Of a stretch of DNA of 64,000 bases, positions 34,827 through 45,500 are shown piece after piece; position 1 is the first letter of the stretch, and every line of letters starts with the position of its first letter. Made by a program: the position numbers and the translations under genes. The notes below the pieces were generated by a model, which was given only the letters and a program-made list of their open reading frames with translations, had not been told where the DNA came from and did no database searches. The DNA comes from Ranitomeya imitator (lineage: Eukaryota): the NCBI RefSeq assembly GCF_032444005.1, contig NC_091290.1, forward strand, positions 135,656,001 through 135,720,000, read 5' to 3'.

Positions 34827-36429
34827 TAATACAATGTCACTGAGAAGGCAGAGACTGAAGCAGCAGAGATTCAGGGTATAAATTCTGCAGTGAAATGTTA
34901 GGTTATGTACCCCAAGATCCAAAAAGGAAACCATCAGTATGCAGCTTTTAAATTCCACTCGTGACTATCTGGCTAAAGAATATTCTCCATTTAATAGTGG
35001 ATTAGCAGAACCACTAATGCAGACACCTCCCAAAAAAAATAAGACACACCCAGAGAAAAAAAAAAGAGCTATGTGTTTATATAGGCATATTGGTACATAG
35101 ATTGCTTACATGTTATGTGTTTTAGCACGAAAATACAGTTGATTTTTTTTTTTTTTTTTTTATAACTCAAGTAACAGAAAATAAAGAAAAAAAGAAACAA
35201 AAAAAAAAAAAAAAAAGCTTCTCAGCTGGAATACAAATGTACAGTACAAATTGATTTATTTAAAACAGTTACAAAAAAAGCACAACAAAATATAGATTAA
35301 TGCTCTGGTAAAGATCAGGTAGCAGAATAAGATAGAAGCACCGGCCTAAAGTCTAAGGCTTTGTAGGATGCATATCGGTTAATTAGGTGACACGCGCGTC
35401 CCAAGGGGATCGAAAGTGGTGCCCTCCGGACCTCCCTCCCTAACCTGGGGAAAGGGTAAGGGCCCACCCTGCTCTGAGACTGACGCGTTGCACAAAAAAA
35501 ATAAAAGGATCTGTTATTTAACACTGGTCTGAGGCCGGAAAAAAAAAATGCTTCATTGGTGTTACAGTTGGAAAAAAAAAATAGTAAAAATTAAGCAGTG
35601 CATTAAGTCCCAACCCCAGGTGTACCACATGCACCCGAATGTCGGGATTGCTTCTGAATATTTGCTTTGCTCCTAGTATAGCATATATATCATTATTAGA
35701 GATGGGGGTGTACTTTAATTTATCCAGTGACTCGTCTGGCCTTCTTAGAAGGAAATGATGTAGTGTCCAGTGATGTTCAGAGTGGGATCGGGTTGGGGGG
35801 GTCTTTTAGAATAAGATTTGGCAGTGCGGAAAATCATCAAACAAAATAGCGTACTGGTACACGCCAAGTATATTCCAGATCTGAGCTCAATATATAGAAT
35901 ATAAGATGTCTCTGCGGGGAATAAAGCTTTCGGTCAGAAGGTGCAGGAGAGCCGGGGTCCGTTCTATACCTTTTATTGCACTCGGGATGTGTTTTTTTGA
36001 GGGGGGTGACGACCGTGGGTGCTGGCCCGGGAAATGTCAGTTACTATCACGGCCGGTTTCGAAAGTTTGCGACGCCTAGAAAAGCATCCCGCCTGTCGAC
36101 TGTGCCCGTTCCGACATGGAGGCTTCGAATCCCAGGAAGACTCTTACCCAAAAAAATATCCTCATCTCAAAATAAGTCACCCCCCTCCACTTCCGATATC
36201 GAAAAACATTCCTATACTTAACACACCAGCGATAAATGCATGGAAATGCACAATATATACGTATAAAATAGGGTTAACCTAGAAAATAAAGAGATCTCCA
36301 TTTTGCTGTCTGTGCGGTAGACATTACCCTCCCGGGCCGTTTTTTTTCCTCCGGCAGCAGGGACCCAGTCTCAAAAAGTTAATGATTATCCCTGTACTCT
36401 AACTGTGCAAAATTAGGGTTGGCAGAGAC

Positions 36430-38484
36430 TTATTTCCCTGCGTTCGAGCGGCCCTCGATGGACAGCTTCACCTCTTGTGGAATGAAGGAATGGCGGGAAG
36501 GCGAAGGTCGGGCTTCTGAACTCTGTCCGCTATATCTTTGGACTCCTGGGTTTGACCAGCTCGATGAAGCTGTGGGAAGAGAACACGAGGTCTGGGCCAG
36601 GGAAATCTGAGCCAAACCATCTTTCTGGAGCTGATTTTGCCTATCGCCATCTCTTTCGGGCGTCTGTGGGCACTCCCTAGATTGTAACACTGCTTTCTCA
36701 AACTGATGCGGCAAGGCCTGGTGCGTGCTGTCTGTAGGTGACGCACCGTTCTTGGAGATGCTCTGCAAACTTATGGATATACACACGTCTCCCACTTGAA
36801 GCCGGTGGCAAGGAAGTGCAAAGAGCTGCGCAGTCTGTGACGGGCTGCACGAAGACCAGCCTTGTCCGTACACAAAAAACGGGTGCTCAGGAGGGACGTC
36901 AAGACACACTTTGCTTTGTTGCTCCCCCACTACGAAATGAAGAGTCACAAATCCCGGCCACTGACTCTCCTGGATGTCCACCACTGTGCTGGAATCGATT
37001 TTAAGGCCGCCGCTGACTTCTGCGCTTCGCACGAAATCCTGGGTTTGGAGGTCTTCTACCCTTTTCAGTTCACCGGTGGCGAGCTGGATGATGGCCCCTT
37101 TCATGAAGTGTGATGGTAAGGTAGTGGCATGAGGAGGGGGTGGCGGAGCACCCGTGGTGGGAGAGTCTCTGCCTCGACTGTGCACTTCTGGAGATCTGCT
37201 CTCTTGGGGTTTAGAGACATGGTGCGGAGCGGCAGAGGACAGTCTCCCGGCAGAACTGTGCGTTCCCTCACCATTTGAAATAAGTGCATTTTTCTCTGTG
37301 TATTTAATAGGGTGCTGCGCACCGTACACTCCCCGGAGATCAACTCTTGATGGGCTTGTAACATTGCTATGTCCTCTCTTCGCATCGTGCTTCATGTCGT
37401 TGGATAGATTTAATGGACTCATCCGCTCTTTTCTCTGAACAGACGGCGAGCAATACTCCTGTGAAACCATTCCTCCTACAACTCTCTGGACTTCTAGGTC
37501 TGTATCTGGAGTGCTCCTATGGGTCATGAGAGCGACCTCCGTCCTCTGTGGTGCGCGGCCTGAGTATGTATCACAGTCCAACAGATTGTCATGTTGTCCT
37601 CTCGCCATCTCTTCTTCAGAATGGTGGATGTACTGGTCTATGGCCGCCTGGCTCCCTCTTCTGGAGGAGGTACATTCGGATCCTCTCTGGGACCCGTTGG
37701 TAGAGGCCATCATAGTTTCTTTATCGATGGGGGAGGCCGAATTAGGAGGACACGCCAGAAGCATTTCATGTACGGGATACCCTGCTGGCATCTGAGAAGG
37801 GTGCTGATAAAATACAGGGACTCGTCCCTTGGTGACATCCACCGGTACAACGCCCATGAGAACAGAGGGAGATTGTGCTGTGGTCACTTTACTGAAAGTT
37901 TGGGGAGATGGGGGCTGTGGAGGAGGTGTCACCCCCTCAGGTATGACAGAGTTATATGGCACATAATGGGGTACGTGAGAAGCAGCCAATGTGGCGGGTG
38001 GAGATATCACAGCACGTTGTAAGAAGCCTGGAGGCACAGCATAGGGAACAGCATAAGGTGGCCCCAGAAACTGCACGGACGTGTGAGAGATGGGAGCATA
38101 ATGGATGGAAGGATACGTAATTCCTGGGTGTTGGATCAATGGTGATGCTACATTAAAGGAAGGAGGGATGGACCCCATGTTCACCACAGGGTGGAGGCCT
38201 GATGACGAGAAGGTGGGGGGCACAGCAAGTTTGTACAGATTTCCATACTGATCCACTGTGACTGACTCTGCCCTTTCTCCGGCCACTTCATATCTCACCC
38301 CATGTCCTTGTCCTGAAGCCACCAGTACTCCGTGGGGCCAGGTGGAGGTCTCGTTGGTAGATCTTTCATTAGTGGAGGAGTTATCCACCTTAGGTGGCTG
38401 CTCCTCTATGTTTATAGTGCTCTGAGCCAGATCCCGTTTCTTTGGTGGAAGACATTCCTGGCTCCGCTCGTGTGCGGGCTTCAT
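36430..38484 (-). CDS. ATXN1L: Ataxin-1-like (BOAT), single coding exon, 684 aa with AXH domain
   Basis: Starts MKPAHERSQECLPPKKRDL; AXH domain LPSHFMKGAIIQLATGELKRVEDLQTQDF...EHPFFVYGQGWSSC; ends FIPQEVKLSIEGRSNAGK; no polyQ. Splice acceptor edge at 38601; minus-strand AATAAA at 35255-35260. Confidence 0.97.
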   Translation of the reverse strand: MKPAHERSQECLPPKKRDLAQSTINIEEQPPKVDNSSTNERSTNETSTWPHGVLVASGQGHGVRYEVAGERAESVTVDQYGNLYKLAVPPTFSSSGLHPVVNMGSIPPSFNVASPLIQHPGITYPSIHYAPISHTSVQFLGPPYAVPYAVPPGFLQRAVISPPATLAASHVPHYVPYNSVIPEGVTPPPQPPSPQTFSKVTTAQSPSVLMGVVPVDVTKGRVPVFYQHPSQMPAGYPVHEMLLACPPNSASPIDKETMMASTNGSQRGSECTSSRRGSQAAIDQYIHHSEEEMARGQHDNLLDCDTYSGRAPQRTEVALMTHRSTPDTDLEVQRVVGGMVSQEYCSPSVQRKERMSPLNLSNDMKHDAKRGHSNVTSPSRVDLRGVYGAQHPIKYTEKNALISNGEGTHSSAGRLSSAAPHHVSKPQESRSPEVHSRGRDSPTTGAPPPPPHATTLPSHFMKGAIIQLATGELKRVEDLQTQDFVRSAEVSGGLKIDSSTVVDIQESQWPGFVTLHFVVGEQQSKVCLDVPPEHPFFVYGQGWSSCSPSQTAQLFALPCHRLQVGDVCISISLQSISKNGASPTDSTHQALPHQFEKAVLQSRECPQTPERDGDRQNQLQKDGLAQISLAQTSCSLPTASSSWSNPGVQRYSGQSSEARPSPSRHSFIPQEVKLSIEGRSNAGK

Positions 38485-40537
38485 GTTGCTTCTGGCTTTT
38501 GATGAGGCCTCTATGACGTTCGGTCAGCTTCATGGGTGTCTGGCAGCAATGGTTGGTGATGACACCACATGTGTTTGCTTGGCATCTTCTTGGTCTAAGA
38601 GCTGAAGGAGAAGAGATAGCAAGACGTTAGTCTGACCATCCGGTCGGAGTTGCTATTTTGATGTCCTGGTGCTGAGCATCAAAATAGAAACCCTGATGGT
38701 AGCTCTAATGATTTTAAACAGCCAAAAATCTACAAACAAATTAGGGGTCGGCCACTTAAAACCATTTCCCGAGAGACTCTAAACTGTAACACCGCTCATA
38801 CTTTATTCCAGGCCCCTGTGCAGTGTACAACTCATCCATAGGATGGATTCCAACATCTCCGACATGTTGTTCTCATGAGGGATAAGTTGAGTATGGCAGC
38901 CGCCTATTCCTATTGAGAACACATGCATGATCTGCCAAACCGAGCACGAGTGTGTATAATGTGGAGAGATTCAAAACGAGGAGAGATGAGAAGGATATTA
39001 ATGGTAATGCCAACTAGATTTAGGGTGTAGGCCACTTTTATGGTGGGCAGCTGATCTCAATGGGTTATGAGGTAGGTGTCTATGAAAAATTGTTATTACT
39101 ATAGGTGTATTAGACCTCCTGGAAGTGTATAAGGAAAGAACAGAGGCGCCATCGACATCAAGTCTTCATGAGCCCCAATGCAAAATCAAATCATGGGTTT
39201 ACGACCTATAAGTTCCCCATTATAGCTCCTACAGAGGTGGTTGCCCGGCATTACCAGACTTCCCAGAAACAAATACAACCCAGAAATGGCTCATCAGCAG
39301 AACGTATAATGACACGACTCATGGACCTGAGTGAAATCATCTGCTACTAATGTATGTCCTGTAACCTAATCCCTGCAGACGGCACCATGATGACTCCGAC
39401 CTGATGACAACCTCCATGTTCCCGTATCATTACAGATCCATGTAAATATGAAGACAGCCAGCATCAGCCATGACCATAGTCCCCTCAATGCAGGGATAGA
39501 TAGGACTGAGCCATCTCCTAAAAGATACTTGACCCTTCTCACCTCTCTCGGAGCCGAGGTTCTACCTTATGGAAAACTCTAATGTCTTCTATATTCACTG
39601 AACACTGGGCTGGGTGTATGGGGTCCTGTCCTGTATCCAGCCATGAAATCTCCAAAATACTCTCCTCATAGACAGGGATCCAAGAGGACAATACAAGGTC
39701 CAAACGACTAATCCCCTGTAACCTCCATTAAACTAAGACGTACAGATGACCCTATAGCAAGTGCTCCACACCCTACAAGTAGGGGCTGTAAATGACTACA
39801 CCAAAACCCTGCAGCCACAATGTCAAAATATTTAAGTAAAAAAATCCCATATGTGTAGTAGCGTGCACAGCTTTTCTTTTCTGAGAAGTTCAGACCCAGC
39901 AATGACTAAGACCTGGCCTACAATCCTGGTGACATCATTACGATTCCTGGACCGTTCTCTCTCTTCTCCTTTTCTCTTATGACTACATCTAATCTGGCCA
40001 ACATCAACTTAAACGTTACCCCAGATTTATAGCTAAAGGGTAACACCATGCTGTCTGCGTCAGTCTTATAAGCGGTGGGGGGGGGCTCTCAGGATCCGGC
40101 CCCCCGACTGATCTACAGCAGGTTGAAGGGATAATCACACATAAAAGAAACACTGCTAATTATAGGTACACTAACAGAAACTCCTCTACGTTAGCTCCAT
40201 TTTTCATCAGAGTGCCGGATCTGATTTTCAACCATTTCTTTCCATAAGAAAACTGGGGGGAAAAAAAAATCCAAATTTCTCCAATTTGTTAACCACAAAC
40301 GGGCAGCGCTCGGAGGACACACGGATGCTGACAGCTTTTTTCAGACACCCGTTTATTTGAAAAGATGTAACTTATCTGTGGCTCTGATCAGAAACAGACA
40401 GGTCTTCTCATAAACATGGACATGTGAACAGCACCAGAGAGTAACGGGGATGTGTCCTAAGGATGGCTGAATGCGGCCGATCCCCTGACAGTAGGGAAAG
40501 ATCCCTACAAGATAGGAAGTAGTTCAAACTACTAACA

Positions 40538-41032
40538 CTGACCTACAAAGCCATCCATAACCTGTCTCCTCCATATATCTCTGAACTAATCTCCCGATAT
40601 CTTCCCTCACGCAATCTCAGGTCCTCCCAAGACCTCCTTCTCTCCTCCACACTTATCAGCTCCTCATCCAACCACCTCCAAGACTTCTCCCGAATATCCC
40701 CCATCCTCTGGAATTCTGTGCCCCAACACGTCCGACTATCAACCACATTTGGATCCTTCTGACGGAACCTGAAAACCCATCTCTTCAGGAAAGCCTACAG
40801 CACTGACCCCTCTGCCTCCTCACCACTACCGGAGATATTTCCTCACCAACACCGGAGATCCTGCAACCGTCAACCTACAGTCTCCTTCCCCATCATCCTG
40901 TATAATGTAAGCCCGCAAGGGCAGGGTCCTCTCCCCTCCGTACCAATCTATCATTAGTTTGTTAACTGTAAGTGATATCTGTATTTTGTATGTATCCTCT
41001 TATGTACAGCACCATGTAATCAATATAAATAA
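40538..41032 (+). mobile_element. 5'-truncated L2/CR1-group LINE 3' fragment, antisense in ATXN1L intron 1
   Basis: Translates to LTYKAIHNLSPPYISELISRYLPSRNLRSS...LWNSVP...LKTHLFRKAY (L2 ORF2 C-terminus), followed by a 3'UTR with TGTAAGCCCGCAAGGGCAGGG. Confidence 0.8.
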
Positions 41033-41139
41033 TAGTTCACAGAAAATCAAATTCTCATCACATCAACAAACGACAGATCCTATAAACAACCTAATCCATC
41101 CACATAAAGGTCCACATATCCCAGGAACCCGACACTACG

Positions 41140-41750
41140 GGGGAACCGGACCCAACACTCGGGGCACACGGAGGACTGGACACAACACTCGGAGCACCGG
41201 ACCCAACACCCGGGGCAGGCGGCGGACCGGACCCAACACCCGGGGCAGGCGGCGGACCGGACCCAACACCCGGGGCAGGCGGCGGACCGGACCCAACACC
41301 CGGGGCAGGCGGCGGACCGGACCCAACACCCGGGGCAGGCGGCGGACCGGACCCAACACCCGGGGCAGGCGGCGGACCGGACCCAACACCCGGGGCAGGC
41401 GGCGGACCGGACCCAACACCCGGGGCAGGCGGCGGACCGGACCCAACACCCGGGGCAGGCGGCGGACCGGACCCAACACCCGGGGCAGGCGGCGGACCGG
41501 ACCCAACACCCGGGGCAGGCGGCGGACCGGACCCAACACCCGGGGCAGGCGGCGGACCGGACCCAACACCCGGGGCAGGCGGCGGACCGGACCCAACACC
41601 CGGGGCAGGCGGCGGACCGGACCCAACACCCGGGGCAGGCGGCGGACCGGACCCAACACCCGGGGCAGGCGGCGGACCGGACCCAACACCCGGGGCAGGC
41701 GGCGGACCGGACCCAACACTCGGAGAACACGATGGACCGGACCCAACACT
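41140..41750. repeat. 30-bp CpG-rich minisatellite (CCGGACCCAACACCCGGGGCAGGCGGCGGA), 17 identical copies plus degenerate flanks
   Basis: Perfect units at 41197-41706; 4 CpG per unit. Confidence 0.95.
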
Positions 41751-42079
41751 AAGGGGGCAGAGGAGTGAGGGAACCCCTACGTCTAAAGGTCCTTTTAGTC
41801 TGTCGCAAACCACGAAGCATGTCATGAAGCTCCACGCCACCACCCTACTGACGGTCACCAAGCAGACGTGATATATCGCGACGGTGGCACTGTCACCAAT
41901 GCTCTGACCCTGCGGGATTTCTGGTCACATCATGGACTCGCTGATGGCAATTTTTTAGGTCACAGACAACTCGCACAACAACCTGGGCCATGTAGTGCCA
42001 CCACAGATGCCCCCCTCCCCCCAGGCCCTGCACAGCCCCCGGGGGAGAACTCCAGGTAACAGGTCTGCAGCCAGAGGGG

Positions 42080-42415
42080 GGCAGGCTGCGGCACTCACCG
42101 GCACATCTTCTCATGGTGGGCCCGCTCTCCACTCCGTACACTCCGCGCACTCACATCCCGCTCTTCCCTTTCCTGCTCCCGGCCTTTTCTCTGGGTTCCC
42201 CGGACAATCTCTTATCCGGCCCCGGCGCCTCCTTGCGGCCTCGCCTGGGTACAGCAGCCGTCGCGTCACGGTGACGACCCTTTAGCAACCGACGTCTAAA
42301 AATTGCGTATGCAGAACGTCACGCCTAGCAACCGCACACCACGTGACGCCTTCTCGGTGTCGCCATCAAAAAGAGCCGGAAAAAAATGTGGGGAGGTTGC
42401 TATGGAGATAAGAAT
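42080..42415 (-). promoter_or_regulatory. ATXN1L: ATXN1L CpG promoter and non-coding first exon
   Basis: Two minus-strand GTGAGT donors (ACTCAC at 42093 and 42149); RFX-like TAGCAAC at 42283 and 42326; X-box GTTGCTATGGAGAT at 42396-42409; E-box CACGTGAC at 42340; CpG-rich. Confidence 0.6.
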
Positions 42416-42559
42416 GGAAAAAAACACCATGTATGGTTCTTGTTGGGGCCACTAGAGGACAATAGTGTACACCACAGGCTGATCTATAATTCATCACACA
42501 ATGTATCCACTATGTACACAGATGACAGCAGAGCCTGACACTGTGTGTGCACAGTACTG

Positions 42560-45500
42560 ATACTGCATCATACCCCAGAGCTGTACTCACTATTCTGCTG
42601 GTGCAGTCACTGTGTACATACATTACATTACTGATCCTGAGTTACATCCTGTATTATACTCCAGAGCTGCACTCACTATTCTGCTGATGCAGTCACTGTG
42701 TACATACATTACATTACTGATCCTGAGTTACATCCTGTATTATACTCCAGAGCTGCACTCACTATTCTGCTGGTGCAGTCACTGTGTACATACATTACAT
42801 TACTGATCCTGAGTTACATCCTGTATTATACCCCAGAGCTGCACTCATTATTCTGCTGATGCAGTCACTGTGTACATACATTACATTACTGATCCTGAGT
42901 TACATCCTGTATTATACCCCAGAGCTGCACTCACTATTCTGCTGGTGCAGTCACTGTGCAGATACATTACATTACTGATCCTGAGTTACATCCTGTATTA
43001 TACCCCAGAGCTGCACTCATTATTCTGCTGATGCAGTCACTGTGTACATACATTACATTACTGATCCTGAGTTACATCCTGTATTATACCCCAGAGCTGC
43101 ACTCACTATTCTGCTGGTGCAGTCACTGTGCAGATACATTACATTACTGATCCTGAGTTACATCCTGTATTATACCCCAGAGCTGCACTCACTATTCTGC
43201 TGGTGCAGTCACTGTGTACATACATTACTGATCCTGAGTTACATCCAGTATTATACCCCAGAGCTGCACTCACTATTCTGCTGGTGCAGTCACTGTGTAC
43301 ATACATTACATTACTGATCCTGAGTTACATCCTGTATTATACTCCAGAGCTGCACTCACTATTCTGCTGGAGCAGTCACTGTGTACATACATTACATTAC
43401 TGATCCTGAGTTACATCCTGTATTATACCCCAGAGCTGCACTCAGTATTCTGCTGGTGCAGTCACTGTGTACATACATTACTGATACTGAGTTACATCCT
43501 GTATTATACTCCAGAGCTGCACTCACTATTCTGCTGGTGCAGTCACTGTGTACATACATTACATTACTGATCCTGAGTTACATCCTGTATTATACCCCAG
43601 AGCTGCACTCACTATTCTGCTGGTGCAGTCACTGTGTACATACATTACTGATACTGAGTTACATCCTGTATTATACCCCAGAGCTGCACTCACTATTCTG
43701 CTGGTGCAGTCACTGTGTACATACATTACATTACTGATCCTGAGTTACATCCTGTATTATACCCCAGAGCTGTACTCACTATTCTGCTGGTGCAGTCACT
43801 GTGTACATACATTACATTACTGATCCTGAATTACATCCTGTATTATACTCCAGAGCTGCGCTCACTATTCTGTTGGTGCAGTCACTGTGTACATACATTA
43901 CATTACTGATCCTGAGTTACATCCTGTATTATACCCCAGAGCTGTACTCACTATTCTGCTGGTGCAGTCACTGTGTACATACATTACATTACTGATCCTG
44001 AGTTACATCCTGTATTATACCCCAGAGCTGCACTCACTATTCTGTTGGTGCAGTCACTGTGTACATACATTACTGATACTGAGTTACATCCTGTATTATA
44101 CCCCAGAGCTGCACTCACTATTCTGTTGGTGCAGTCACTGTGTACATACATTACATTACTGATCCTGAATTACATCCTGTATTATACCCCAGAGCTGCAC
44201 TCACTATTCTGCTGGTGCAGTCACTGTGTACATACATTACATTACTGATCCTGAGTTACATTCTGCATTATACCCCAGAGCTGCACTCACTATTCTGTTG
44301 GTGCAGTCACTGTGTACATACATTACATTACTGATCCTGAGTTACATCCTGTATTATACCCCAGAGCTGCACTCACTATTCTGCTGGTGCAGTCACCGTG
44401 TACATACATTACATTACTGATCCTGAGTTACATCCTGTATTATACCCCAGAGCTGCACTCACTATTCTGCTGGTGCAGTCACTGTGTACATACATTACTG
44501 ATCCTGAGTTACATCCTGTATTATACCCCAGAGCTGCACTCACTATTCTGCTGGTGCAGTCACTGTGTACATACATTACATTACTGATCCTGAGTTACAT
44601 CCTGCATTATACCCCAGAGCTGCACTCACTATTCTGCTGGTGCGGTCACTGTGTACATACATTACATTACTGATCCTGAGTTATATCCTGTATTATAACC
44701 CAGAGCTGCACTCACTATTCTGCTGCTGCAGTCACTGTGTACATACATTACATTACCGATCCTGAGTTACTTCCTGTATTATACCCCAGAGCTGCACTCA
44801 GTATTCTGCTGGTGCAGTCACTTTGTACATACATTACATTACCGATCCTGAGTTACTTCCTGTATTATACCCCAGAGCAGCACTCACTATTCTGCTGGTG
44901 CAGTCGCTGTGTACATACATTACATTACTGATCCTGAGTTACATCCTGCATTATACCCCAGAGCTGCACTCACTATTCTGCTGGTGCAGTCACTGTGTAC
45001 ATACATTACTGATCCTGAATTACATCCTGTATTATACCCCAGAGCTGCACTCACTATTCTGCTGGTGCAGTCACTGTGTACATACATTACTGATCCTGAA
45101 TTACATCCTGTATTATACCCCAGAGCTGCACTCACTATTCTGCTGGTGCAGTCGCTGTGTACATACATTACATTACTAATCCTGAGTTACATCCTGTATT
45201 ATACCCCAGAGCTGCACTCACTATTCTGCTGGTGCGGTCACTGTGTACATACATTACATTACTGATCCTGAGTTATATCCTGTATTATAACCCAGAGCTG
45301 CACTCACTATTCTGCTGCTGCAGTCACTGTGTACATACATTACATTACTGATCCTGAGTTACATCCTGTATTATACCCCAGAGCTGCACTCACTATTCTG
45401 CTGGTGCAGTCACTGTGTACATACATTACATTACCGATCCTGAGTTACTTCCTGTATTATACCCCAGAGCTGCACTCAGTATTCTGCTGGTGCAGTCACT

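Noticed and set aside
40959-41861. Arg-rich (protamine-like) and Pro-rich ORFs
   Set aside because: They are translations of a perfect 30-bp repeat with no codon-level variation.
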